DNA from: a virus
Taxonomy: Duplodnaviria > Heunggongvirae > Uroviricota > Caudoviricetes
IMG/VR virus record: IMGVR_UViG_3300042892_004104
DNA length: 64,000 nt
Reading direction: 5' to 3' (one strand)
Under the pieces are notes generated by a model, which did no database searches, was not told the DNA's origin, and saw only the letters and a list, made by a program, of their open reading frames with translations. The position numbers and the translations under genes were made by a program. The number at the start of each line of letters is the position of its first letter. The stretch's first letter is position 1. This document shows positions 19,017 to 28,374 of the stretch, piece by piece.

Positions 19017-22000
19017 TTAGGTTTCTCTGTTGACCAGCGGTGGGCTGTTGCGGCTAGCAGACTGTTGTTCAATCTGTCGTAGAGTGAGCCTGGTATTGCT
19101 GCCTGCCACCGGGGGACTGGTTCCTGCATTGGTAGCCACTGCTAAACCGTTGCTGGTCACCGGGCTTCCACCTGTTGTGGCTGCAAAACTAGTTCTAGCT
19201 GCTTGCAAGGCAGCGTCAGGCGTTTGACCTGATCCTCTTGCAGCTATGTATGCTGGACTGGCAGTCAATTGTGTAAGCGTTGGATCAGCCAGCGTCCTGG
19301 GCGGACTTAGTGTTTGCTGAACTCCTTTGGCTATGCTGCTGGCAGGATTCACACCTGAGGTACTGAGAGCTGGCACCTGTTTAGCAAGATTTTGTGCTCC
19401 CAGGATGGCTGCCTTGCCGCCATCGCCTATGTCCAAACGTCTAGGATCTCTGGCTGCAAATTGAGATGATCCTTGACCGCCGCCAGCATCTGAAGTGCCT
19501 GTGTCGGCTCTATTAAATCCTCGACCTTGTCTAGGATCATCATTGTTGGCTGCTGCTGCGTTGGCTGTGTTTGTTTTGTTTGGTATGGGGAAATAAAACA
19601 TTGCACCTTCCAGCGTTTGAGTAAATGCTCCTTGCCGAAATTCGCTTAGAACTTTTTTACATCTATACACACGACTTTGCAGTGCTGTTCGATTGTTGTA
19701 TTTTTTCTGTGTTTGGCTGTAGGGATCCGCTAGACCAGTGCTAAGATCATAGTCTTCTGGACGCTGCCAGTTGATTTCAAACAGCACGTCTTGGTTGTCA
19801 AAAGCAATACTGCCATCAGGTAAAAATCCTGTTCGCAGTGCTTCGCCGCCTAGCATTTCTTCATCCAGCACTCGAAACAAGCTGCCTTGCATGATCCAAG
19901 CAGGATCACCCACAATCTTTACTTTGCATTCTGCTAGATCGCCTGGCGAATACAGCACTTCAGCAGCGTTGGCTGCGGCTTCAAGACTTTTGCCGTCAGC
20001 ACCTTTGTTAGATTCTGTACTGGTAGGAGCGTAGTTGTATTTCACAAGGTCAGCCATGCTGGAAGTGGTAACTTCTCTAAGTTTGGCTGCGGCATTTTTT
20101 TCGGTGTTGCTGCCATTTACCGTGAGCTGATACAAGGTGTTAAGTGTTTCTTGATATTCTAACACAGCAGAGTTTTCGCCAGTAAACCAGTAAGGATAGC
20201 TTTTGTGCACTCCAGTAAATTTGCTAATTGGAAAATACTTGCTGATCATGTTCTTGACTTCTCGGGCAGCCACAGTGTAGGTAATACGATAAGCATTGTC
20301 GTTGCGTTTGGGATCAATCTTGTCCCCAATGGGCACTGCACTCATAGCAATGGTAAACCATTTGAGTGGTTGGTTTCTTGAGTTGGGATTGGGTAGTGTG
20401 GTTCCATCGGGGTTCACAATCACCAAGGCCTGATCAGATATGTAACTGCTGTTGCGAATGGTCATGTCAATGGCCTGCAGCAGTTGTTGACCTGCTGTGA
20501 TACTGAAACTTCTGGATATCATGTCCACAGATGTTTTGGCTTGGTCTAGAGACTGAGCATCTTGCGTGGATGGTTTACCACCGGCAGTCAGGCGTTTGTC
20601 TACCTTGGTATTGGGCAACTGCAGTTTGGCATCTCTAATTTTGGCAGCATCAGGACCAATGAATTCTATCACATACTCGTCGGCTATGGTGAACACTCCG
20701 TCTTTGACCAGTTTGGCCTGGAATTCGTTCATGGCTCCCATGAGTCCACCTGTGATAGTTTTTTTGTTGGTGGGAGCAGCGTCGGCCTTGGATGGTGCAG
20801 TTGCAGGTGCACTACGATCAGCTCTGGCAAAGTCTCCTGTTGTTGTGGCTGGTCCTGTGTTGGTTCTATTAAATCCCCGACCTTGTCTAGCATCATCGCG
20901 TGTGCCAACTGTTGTGGCTGCTCCTGGGTTGGTTGCAGAAGTAGTGGTGCTTGAATATCTGGCAGCGCCGCCCAGCAACCCGCCCACAGTGGTGTTTACC
21001 AGTTGTACATCAGCAGGTATGGTGCCTCGGCTGGCGTATCCAGCAACCAGTTGCCCTGTGGGTGCACATTCCCAATCATAAGAAACCATTTTTGATCCCA
21101 CGCTCCAGTTGATACTGGTTATTTGAAATGGGAAAAATTTTTCAACCAACGCAGCAGGATCACTGGTGCCTTCCTGGTCCGGCTTGCTTCTGACTTGTTC
21201 AAGATTGCCGTTGGCATCGTAGCCATAAAATCGTATGACCATGAGATAGGTAGGAGATGTGTAGTTGATTTTGCCATCGGTGCCGGGCACGGCCAAGTTG
21301 GCCACAGCATCATACAGTCGATCCAGCAGGGTGATACCATTGGGCTCAATCAATGTAAATTTCATGGTCGAAATATTGTGCGAACTTCCTGTGCTGTTGC
21401 CAGGCGGCAAGTTTTCAATTGTGATGCTGTCGATATAAAAGTCATTGTCAAAAAACGGATTGCGCCCACCGTCAGGTCCAGAGTAGGCCTCTTCTCCGCC
21501 AAACTCGCTGTTGCCTGCCCCAAACCCTGCGTCAATGTTGTTGGGCGGACGAATGCCTCCCACGTTGTTGGCAGCGCCACCGCTTTGAAACAGCAATTGA
21601 TAGCCATCAATTTTTTTGGTTTTTTGATTCAGCAGTTGTGCATACTGCACTTCTGACATCAAGTACACCGATGCTGAATACGAATAACTGGCGTATTCAT
21701 CCAGAACATTGGGTCGAGATTTGACATTGGGGCCTGCTTGTTCTTCGGCATTGACTGCAGTCTGTGGTGAGCCTGCAGGTGTGTTGTCATCAGGTTGCGA
21801 TGCCACACCTGGTTTGATCACTGCGCCAGCAGCTTCAGCTTCGCCAGCAGAGCCTTCGGCCCCGGCTCCAACAGCTGGTGATTTTAATGCCTGGCCGCTG
21901 TTGCTGCCTGTGTTGATGGCCTGTGTTTGTTCAGCAGTTTTTACTGGTGCGTTGGTACCAGTTTCTGCTGGAGGAGTCAGTCGACCGTCGGCCCCAGCAG

Positions 22001-22367
22001 TGGCGGGCGGCGCAGCAGTAGGGCCTGACGGAGCATCATCTTTGACAGTTTCTCCTGCAGTGGCAGGCGGGGCCGGCTGCGGCGTAGATGCATTTGTTTG
22101 TTGCGCTTCTAGTCCTGCAATTTCTCGGCGTAGTGTTGCTGCTTCGTCTTGGTATTGACTTTGCAAATCTGCAATCTGGTTGTCAATGGCATTTTCTTGA
22201 GCTCGTAAAACAGCCGCACCTGCGGTATCGCCGCCGGCCAACAACTTTCGTCGTTGTTGTTGTATGCTTTCTTGTTCTCGTGTTAGTGCTGCCACCTTGG
22301 CCTGGTTGGCGTCTATCAAACGTTCTAGGCTAGCTAATCTAGCCTGTAGTTCTGCAACTGTGGCCAT
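19017..22367 (-). CDS. Large baseplate hub/tail protein (gp27-like by position) with low-complexity inserts
   Basis: 1116-aa ORF immediately upstream of the gp5-like gene. Folded core (NVLDEYASYSYSASVYLM, VKIVGDPAWI) flanked by Ala/Pro/Thr-rich segments. Confidence 0.6.
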   Translation of the reverse strand: MATVAELQARLASLERLIDANQAKVAALTREQESIQQQRRKLLAGGDTAGAAVLRAQENAIDNQIADLQSQYQDEAATLRREIAGLEAQQTNASTPQPAPPATAGETVKDDAPSGPTAAPPATAGADGRLTPPAETGTNAPVKTAEQTQAINTGSNSGQALKSPAVGAGAEGSAGEAEAAGAVIKPGVASQPDDNTPAGSPQTAVNAEEQAGPNVKSRPNVLDEYASYSYSASVYLMSEVQYAQLLNQKTKKIDGYQLLFQSGGAANNVGGIRPPNNIDAGFGAGNSEFGGEEAYSGPDGGRNPFFDNDFYIDSITIENLPPGNSTGSSHNISTMKFTLIEPNGITLLDRLYDAVANLAVPGTDGKINYTSPTYLMVIRFYGYDANGNLEQVRSKPDQEGTSDPAALVEKFFPFQITSINWSVGSKMVSYDWECAPTGQLVAGYASRGTIPADVQLVNTTVGGLLGGAARYSSTTTSATNPGAATTVGTRDDARQGRGFNRTNTGPATTTGDFARADRSAPATAPSKADAAPTNKKTITGGLMGAMNEFQAKLVKDGVFTIADEYVIEFIGPDAAKIRDAKLQLPNTKVDKRLTAGGKPSTQDAQSLDQAKTSVDMISRSFSITAGQQLLQAIDMTIRNSSYISDQALVIVNPDGTTLPNPNSRNQPLKWFTIAMSAVPIGDKIDPKRNDNAYRITYTVAAREVKNMISKYFPISKFTGVHKSYPYWFTGENSAVLEYQETLNTLYQLTVNGSNTEKNAAAKLREVTTSSMADLVKYNYAPTSTESNKGADGKSLEAAANAAEVLYSPGDLAECKVKIVGDPAWIMQGSLFRVLDEEMLGGEALRTGFLPDGSIAFDNQDVLFEINWQRPEDYDLSTGLADPYSQTQKKYNNRTALQSRVYRCKKVLSEFRQGAFTQTLEGAMFYFPIPNKTNTANAAAANNDDPRQGRGFNRADTGTSDAGGGQGSSQFAARDPRRLDIGDGGKAAILGAQNLAKQVPALSTSGVNPASSIAKGVQQTLSPPRTLADPTLTQLTASPAYIAARGSGQTPDAALQAARTSFAATTGGSPVTSNGLAVATNAGTSPPVAGSNTRLTLRQIEQQSASRNSPPLVNRET

Positions 22368-22370
22368 GTG

Positions 22371-22670
22371 TTAGAATCCCAGGGCTGATCGCAAAGTAGC
22401 AATCTTAGGCAAAAATATCAAAGCACCCACAGCAAAATCCAAAGGAGGTGTGGTCAGGGTGTTGGGGTTGCGTTGGTAAAACACCCACCACAAGGCAGCA
22501 TTGCCGTACAAGTCAAATGCCAGGAGATCAGGACGATACTGATATGTGAGATTTATCACAAAAGAGATGTCGTCGTCCTCTCGAGGTATGGGTCGGTTGA
22601 CCATGCTGTCCAAGAAAAACTGACTGTACCCTGTTTCAAAGTAGGGACTTGTTGCGTCATATTGTGCCAT
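22371..22670 (-). CDS. gp53: Baseplate wedge protein, gp53/LysM-like
   Basis: YQYRPDLLAFDLYGNAALWWVFYQRNP motif; 99 aa; baseplate cluster. Confidence 0.7.
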   Translation of the reverse strand: MAQYDATSPYFETGYSQFFLDSMVNRPIPREDDDISFVINLTYQYRPDLLAFDLYGNAALWWVFYQRNPNTLTTPPLDFAVGALIFLPKIATLRSALGF

Positions 22671-24778
22671 TACCAGTATCCTCCTTTGATCAAGTCACCA
22701 TTGGCAAAGCCTTTGAGACTGAACTGCTTGCTGACCTGGCTGCGTGTTTGCACAGGGATTAATGTGATGTCAATTTCCATTTTGGTAGGCACATAGTTGG
22801 CCAGTTGTGAGTTGTTGACACTGCCTACCACAGCATCTGGAGCAGGTTTTGCACCAGGAAAAAATCTTTCTAGGCCTGCGTTTAAAATACGATTACCTGT
22901 TGCTCCAAGACCGGCTGCTCCTGCTGCTTTGCCCGGAGTGCGACGACTCAGTAGATCAGTTCCGTAGTTGTTGACACTGGTGGCACGTATATAGTCCACG
23001 TTATCAGGCAGAGTGTAGGTAAACGACGTGACCACACAAGGGTGTCCGTTGAATTGATTAATACCAAGACCACTGAGGTATACCAGGGGCGGAGGTGATC
23101 CTCGTTGTTCGTCTTTGCCGTAGAACATCTTGGTCACTGAACGAAAAAAGTGAATCACTGCCAACAAATAATCAGCTTCTTGAGTATCTTGTGCTGTGAA
23201 TGCACAGCGAATGTTTAGATCGTCTACTCGTGAATTCTTGTAGTACACACCGCGATAGTTTGAGTGCACAAGATCGTATTGTTCATAGTTGGCTCGGTAC
23301 GCAGTACTAATCTGAGGTGTGTAAGGAAATATCACACCATTTGTTTCTGCCAATGGCCCTAGAATACCCACTGGACTAGCGTTGTACAAATAGTCTGAGG
23401 AGGCGGCCAACTGTAATCGCACTCGCCAGTCCGACGTGCCTACTGCTTTGTACAGGCTTTGTCGTGTGGCCTGATTGATGGCATTTAGTTTGGCTGCGGC
23501 TTGTTGTTCAGCTGCTTGTTGTTCCGCGGTTTTTTGTGCGGCAGCAGCAATTGCTTCAGGTGTGTTTGGAACCACATTACCAAATGCATCATACTTGACG
23601 TCAGGCACTGGCGTAGGGCTTCGTGCAAGTATTTCTTCATCTGACAGATTACCAGCATTTTGTCGTGCAAGTATTTCCTCATCGGATAAGGTAACCGGTT
23701 CAGGATTTCGTGCAAGTATTTCTTCATCAGACAAGCCACCGGCATTTTGTCGTGCAAGTATTTCTTCATCTGACAGCGCAACTGGTGGGGGATTTCGTGC
23801 GAGTATTTCCTGATCGGTCGGGCCATCTAGTATTTCATTGGACGCATCAACCACCAATGGTGGGGGATTTCGTGCGAGTATTTCCTGATCGGTCGGGCCA
23901 TCTAGTATTTCATTGGACGCATCAACCACCACAGGGGCAGTTGACACCACTTGACCATTTTCGTCCACTGTGGTTTGTGCTTCTACCGGCGCAGCAGCTC
24001 GAGTCGTGGATGCATTGGCTGCCGAAGTGGTGGTACTCAGTTGAGTTTCATTCTCTTGTGATAACTTTTGATCAGTTTCAGGATCTACTGCTTGATTGGT
24101 GCTGGTGGTTCCTGTAGTAACTGTTTGTGTAGTTGTTGTGGTATTGGGTACTGTGGTTGTTGTTGGCGGTGTAGTTGATTCAGCATCAATTTGTTTGTTT
24201 TTAAGTGTTTCTCTTTCGGCCGTTAGTGTGTCAAGTTTTTCTTGACGTTGTTGTTTTTCTTCAGGACTAAGAGGCGGAAGGCCTTGTTTTTTTCTAGCAA
24301 AGTCGCTGGGATTATCTTTGATGAATTGATCAACTTCAGCTTGTTTTGCAGCAATTGCTGGTTGCAACGACTGGCTGGATGCATTGGGAACTCTGGGCCC
24401 AGACACTTGATTAGTAGATCCACCACCAGAAACTTGTTCTGTACTGGTAGTGACATAGTTGATTGGAGTAACTTTGCCTGGAGGAGACTTGGCCTCTTGG
24501 GCATAATCAACCTGTTCAAAATTAGACGGTGATTGCAGTCCTTGATTGAACCGGGCACTTTCAGCAGTTTCTGCAGCAGTTGGTGCTACAAAATCAACTC
24601 CGGCAACCTTGCCAGCACCGGCCACAGGGGCTCCCATCTGCCCGTTGTCTCCAATGGCATAGGTGCCAAAGGGTGCGTCATTGATTCCTGCTTGTGCAGC
24701 AGCGGCATCTTCACTCAGTCCTTGTCTGACAAGTTTATTAAACGTTTCTGCTTTTTTTGGATCGTACGGCTGTGCCAT
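22670..24778 (-). CDS. Tail-tube initiator/baseplate protein (gp48/gp54- or CIS-tube-like C-terminal domain) with repetitive N-terminal extension
   Basis: C-terminal DWRVRL...IFPYTPQI...PPPLVYLSG...PCVVTSFTYTLP; precedes gp53-like gene; internal EILAR repeats. Confidence 0.6.
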   Translation of the reverse strand: MAQPYDPKKAETFNKLVRQGLSEDAAAAQAGINDAPFGTYAIGDNGQMGAPVAGAGKVAGVDFVAPTAAETAESARFNQGLQSPSNFEQVDYAQEAKSPPGKVTPINYVTTSTEQVSGGGSTNQVSGPRVPNASSQSLQPAIAAKQAEVDQFIKDNPSDFARKKQGLPPLSPEEKQQRQEKLDTLTAERETLKNKQIDAESTTPPTTTTVPNTTTTTQTVTTGTTSTNQAVDPETDQKLSQENETQLSTTTSAANASTTRAAAPVEAQTTVDENGQVVSTAPVVVDASNEILDGPTDQEILARNPPPLVVDASNEILDGPTDQEILARNPPPVALSDEEILARQNAGGLSDEEILARNPEPVTLSDEEILARQNAGNLSDEEILARSPTPVPDVKYDAFGNVVPNTPEAIAAAAQKTAEQQAAEQQAAAKLNAINQATRQSLYKAVGTSDWRVRLQLAASSDYLYNASPVGILGPLAETNGVIFPYTPQISTAYRANYEQYDLVHSNYRGVYYKNSRVDDLNIRCAFTAQDTQEADYLLAVIHFFRSVTKMFYGKDEQRGSPPPLVYLSGLGINQFNGHPCVVTSFTYTLPDNVDYIRATSVNNYGTDLLSRRTPGKAAGAAGLGATGNRILNAGLERFFPGAKPAPDAVVGSVNNSQLANYVPTKMEIDITLIPVQTRSQVSKQFSLKGFANGDLIKGGYW
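23620..23931 (-). repeat. In-frame tandem repeats: two exact ~75-nt units and four LSDEEILAR units
   Basis: 23783-23856 and 23858-23931 are identical (period 75). The core CGTGC(A/G)AGTATTTC occurs six times. Confidence 0.9.
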
Positions 24779-24796
24779 GATTGTTTTCCTATACCT

Positions 24797-24802
24797 TATT
24801 TA
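24797..24802 (-). promoter_or_regulatory. Late-promoter-like TAAATA upstream of the baseplate operon
   Basis: TAAATA ~20 nt before the ATG at 24778. The same motif recurs before most structural genes; T4 gp55 recognises TATAAATA. Confidence 0.65.
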
Positions 24803-24835
24803 CCCAAAAAATAAACCATGTAGTTTATAAAAAGG

Positions 24836-24863
24836 TTGACAACTGTTGCGAAAGTGCTACAAT
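24836..24863 (+). promoter_or_regulatory. Host sigma70-type promoter for the gp55-gp47 operon
   Basis: TTGACA (24836-41), 16-nt spacer, TG-extended TACAAT (24858-63); AGGAG Shine-Dalgarno before the ATG at 24892. Confidence 0.75.
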
Positions 24864-24891
24864 AAGTACACATTAGGAGATTCCGACAACT

Positions 24892-25812
24892 ATGTCTTTA
24901 CTACCCAAAGCAGCTCCCCGCGTTAACTATCTCAACAACAGAGATATCCTCAAAGAAATACATGCCAGCAAAAACACCTACTGCTGGTACCGAGACCGAG
25001 ACCTCGACCATCAATACGATCTTATTTTGCCCACTGTTGACAAGATCAACCAGCGCACTATTGTGGAAGCTCGCAAGGCACGAGCAGACCGTATCAAACG
25101 AGAAACCGGTCAAGTGATTGATCAGAAAAAGATTGCCAACACCGATCTGGTGTTTCGTATCACTGCATGGGATCATATTCCCATGGCTCCCAAAAAGATC
25201 ACCAAAGCCGAAGCCAAAAAACGCAAGCTAGAAGAAATTCTAGATCTGGATGATGTCACCGAAGATGACCCATTGGCCGACCTGATCGATGAGCCTGTGC
25301 TGGACATGAATCATGTGAGACTGAACTTTCCACCATTTGAACACTATCGATTAAATGAAGACAAAACCACATTCATGGTGGGTCGCAGTCACTGGAAGGG
25401 CGACTTGGCCACAGGTGAATTCTGCAGAGATCATGGCAACATGACTCGTAAATTGGCCATGATGTTTATGAAACTGTGTGAACGCTATGCCACTAGATCA
25501 AACTGGCGCGGCTACACCTACAACGAAGAAATGCGGGGACAAGCACTGCTACAGTTATCACAGATTGGACTACAGTTTGATGAAAGCAAAAGTCAAAATC
25601 CCTTTGCTTACTACACCGCTGCCATCACCAACAGCTTTACTCGCATCCTGAACATTGAAAAGAAAAATCAAAACATCCGTGATGACATCCTGGAGATCAA
25701 TGGTCTGAACCCATCCTGGACTCGGCAAAACTCCGGAAGCAAAAGCATGGCTGCCATGTCCGGACCGGTTGTGAGTAGTCTAGACGATGTAGTAAACTCA
25801 CTAGATGAGTAA
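24892..25812 (+). CDS. gp55: Late-transcription sigma factor, gp55-like
   Basis: NYLNNRDILKEI...LCERYATRSNWRGYTYNEEMRGQALLQL...FDESKSQNPFAYYTAAITNSFTRILNIEKK; directly upstream of gp47 as in T4. Confidence 0.9.
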   Translation: MSLLPKAAPRVNYLNNRDILKEIHASKNTYCWYRDRDLDHQYDLILPTVDKINQRTIVEARKARADRIKRETGQVIDQKKIANTDLVFRITAWDHIPMAPKKITKAEAKKRKLEEILDLDDVTEDDPLADLIDEPVLDMNHVRLNFPPFEHYRLNEDKTTFMVGRSHWKGDLATGEFCRDHGNMTRKLAMMFMKLCERYATRSNWRGYTYNEEMRGQALLQLSQIGLQFDESKSQNPFAYYTAAITNSFTRILNIEKKNQNIRDDILEINGLNPSWTRQNSGSKSMAAMSGPVVSSLDDVVNSLDE

Positions 25813-26821
25813 TCTATTTAAAAAAGCAGCCGTCTTTACTGACATCCACTTTGGACTCAAATCAAACAGTCAACTTCACAACGAAGACTGCCTGAACTTT
25901 GTGAAATGGGCCACGGCCAAGGCCCAGGAACAGGGCTGCGAAACCTGCATGTTCCTAGGTGACTGGCACAACAATCGTGCCAGTCTAAACATTGTCACGC
26001 TGAACTACAGCCTACAAGCCTTGGAACATATGAATGACAACTTTGAACAGGTGTATTTTATTCCTGGTAATCACGATTTGTATTATCGGGACAAACGTGA
26101 TATTCAAAGTGTGGAGTGGGCCAAACATCTTTCAAATGTTACTATATGTAACGATTGGTTTAGCGACGGCAATGTTACTATTGCTCCGTGGTTGTGTGCC
26201 GACGATCATAAACGCATACCCAAACTAACCGGCAAGTACATGTTTGGGCACTTTGAACTGCCCGGTTACTTGATGAATGCACAGATCGAAATGCCCGATC
26301 ACGGCGAGGTGCAACGAGAAGACTTCACCGGGTTTGAACATGTGTTCACCGGCCATTTTCACAAGCGTCAAACCAAAAAGAATATCACCTACATTGGCAA
26401 CTGTTTTCCGCACAACTATGCAGATGCCGGAGACGATGATCGCGGCATGATGATCCTGGAATGGGGCCGGGAACCTGAATTTCATGCTTGGCCAGATCAG
26501 CCCAGGTATCGGGTGTATGGACTGGCCAACTTGATTGATAATGCTGCTGCTTTGCTGGCGCCCAAGATGCATGTGCGTGTGAATCTTGACATCGAGATCA
26601 GCTACGAAGAAGCCAACTTTATCAAAGAAACGTTTATTCGGGATTATGATCTGCGTGAAATGGCCCTGATTCCAAACAAGACATCTGAGGTAGGCGAAGA
26701 CCTTGCGCCAGGTGAAGTCAAATTTGAATCAGTAGATCAGATCGTCACAGATCAGATCACCAACATCGAATCAGAATTCTACGATAACAAATTGCTGTTG
26801 AAGATCTATCAGACTCTATAA
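25805..26821 (+). CDS. gp47: Recombination endonuclease subunit, gp47 (Mre11/SbcD-like metallophosphoesterase)
   Basis: DIHFG, GDWH, GNHD, GHFE and GHFH metallophosphoesterase motifs. Confidence 0.93.
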   Translation: MSNLFKKAAVFTDIHFGLKSNSQLHNEDCLNFVKWATAKAQEQGCETCMFLGDWHNNRASLNIVTLNYSLQALEHMNDNFEQVYFIPGNHDLYYRDKRDIQSVEWAKHLSNVTICNDWFSDGNVTIAPWLCADDHKRIPKLTGKYMFGHFELPGYLMNAQIEMPDHGEVQREDFTGFEHVFTGHFHKRQTKKNITYIGNCFPHNYADAGDDDRGMMILEWGREPEFHAWPDQPRYRVYGLANLIDNAAALLAPKMHVRVNLDIEISYEEANFIKETFIRDYDLREMALIPNKTSEVGEDLAPGEVKFESVDQIVTDQITNIESEFYDNKLLLKIYQTL

Positions 26822-26824
26822 TAT

Positions 26825-28372
26825 ATGATTAATTTACCAAATACTATAACCAACGTACTATCACGACATTGTATCAATCCAGAAGTTCTTATACATCAAT
26901 GGGAAGTTAAATCTAACGAAATAACAACTTTTAATTACCATCAATTATGCGATATGATCGATTATTGGAAATACATGTTGGTTGAAAGATATCATGCTCA
27001 ACCGGGCAAGACTGTGATGATAGAGTTCAATCTCACAAATATCTATTATTTTTCAGCAATCTATGCTGCCTGGGAACTCGGTCTAACACTGATTGTGGAT
27101 TGGGTTCACGCCAACTCCGAACAGATGTGCCATAGCAAAGTTTTTTCTATTCACGGCAAGATCGACTATGCTATTGTGTACAGCAAACAGTTAGACCCAT
27201 CAGACAACAATTTTTACTCGAAGTGGGACGTATTGCGTACCGAATTGCACTGTAATCAAATCATCACCGAAAAAGATTTTGACAACTATCAAATTGTTGA
27301 TCACTTACGTTTTAAAGAAGTAGCGTCAACGGTGTACGCCACGCCACATAGTCAGGCAATATGGACTGCTACCAGTGGCACCACCGGTGTTCCAAAACAA
27401 CAACGCATTGATCATAACTCTGTAGTACTGCAAGCACAGAGATTGTGTAAACATCTAAACTTTCAACCTGGAACCTCGTCATTGCATACAAATAATCTGC
27501 ATCACGGAGCCAGCGCCTGTTATCACTTTTTGCCCAGCATGATGATAGCCAAGCATCAGTGGATCTTGAATTCACACTTTGTAAGCGAAGCTGATTTAAA
27601 AAAATTGTCAGATTTTATAATTGAAAAACAAATCAATAAACTGTTTTTATACACACCATCCAAACTAACAAATTGGTTGAACACCACGTCTGTACTGCAA
27701 CATCCTGTTGATGTTACTACACTATATTATTGTCCCAAAGATATTATATCTTTGGCCAAAGAAAAAAATGTAAGTTCAATCAAAAGTGTATTTGGTGACA
27801 CCACGATCGGCTATGGGTTTTTGGTCAAGAACGTAGATTGCAGCGTACCTCTAGATGCGTATGAACCAAATTGCATTGGTCCAAAATTAGACAATTTCTT
27901 TGATTTTGATCTTCAAGATCAAAGTCTTTACATACAGATTTCCGGGATAGGTAGTACTGAATGGAAGACCAGTCACGACAAGTTTGAGTTACGTGACGGA
28001 AAATATTACTTCTTGGGACGAGGAGCAGATTACAGAATCAACGATGAATGGATACTGCACCATGAAATTGAAACTAAAGTTAGCGAATTGTTCAATATTA
28101 ATAACGAAGAAGGCGCTACTATTGTTGTTGACAACGAAGAACAACAAGTGTATTTGGCCATATGGTCCAGCAACCCCACTGCCGAAGCTGAATTAGACAA
28201 TTGGTTTCGACAACGTTATCGCAACGTTTACATTTCAAAACGAGCAAGAAATCTTGACAAACAAGAGTTCATGGGTGCTAGAAAAATAAGCAGGCCTGCT
28301 CTAAGAGAATATTTCAGAATCAACGCTCCTAGGCTCTCTGAGCATACCGAAAATCCCTGGATCGTATCATAA
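26825..28372 (+). CDS. Divergent adenylate-forming (ANL/AMP-binding) enzyme
   Basis: A3-like TSGTTGVPK, A7-like WKTSHD, A8-like FLGRGAD, A10-like RKISRPAL; 515 aa. Confidence 0.7.
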   Translation: MINLPNTITNVLSRHCINPEVLIHQWEVKSNEITTFNYHQLCDMIDYWKYMLVERYHAQPGKTVMIEFNLTNIYYFSAIYAAWELGLTLIVDWVHANSEQMCHSKVFSIHGKIDYAIVYSKQLDPSDNNFYSKWDVLRTELHCNQIITEKDFDNYQIVDHLRFKEVASTVYATPHSQAIWTATSGTTGVPKQQRIDHNSVVLQAQRLCKHLNFQPGTSSLHTNNLHHGASACYHFLPSMMIAKHQWILNSHFVSEADLKKLSDFIIEKQINKLFLYTPSKLTNWLNTTSVLQHPVDVTTLYYCPKDIISLAKEKNVSSIKSVFGDTTIGYGFLVKNVDCSVPLDAYEPNCIGPKLDNFFDFDLQDQSLYIQISGIGSTEWKTSHDKFELRDGKYYFLGRGADYRINDEWILHHEIETKVSELFNINNEEGATIVVDNEEQQVYLAIWSSNPTAEAELDNWFRQRYRNVYISKRARNLDKQEFMGARKISRPALREYFRINAPRLSEHTENPWIVS

Positions 28373-28374
28373 TT

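Noticed and set aside
23620-23931. Possible CRISPR array (regularly recurring CGTGC(A/G)AGTATTTC)
   Set aside because: Units are in-frame peptide repeats inside a CDS, the intervening sequences are themselves duplicated rather than unique spacers, and no cas genes are present.
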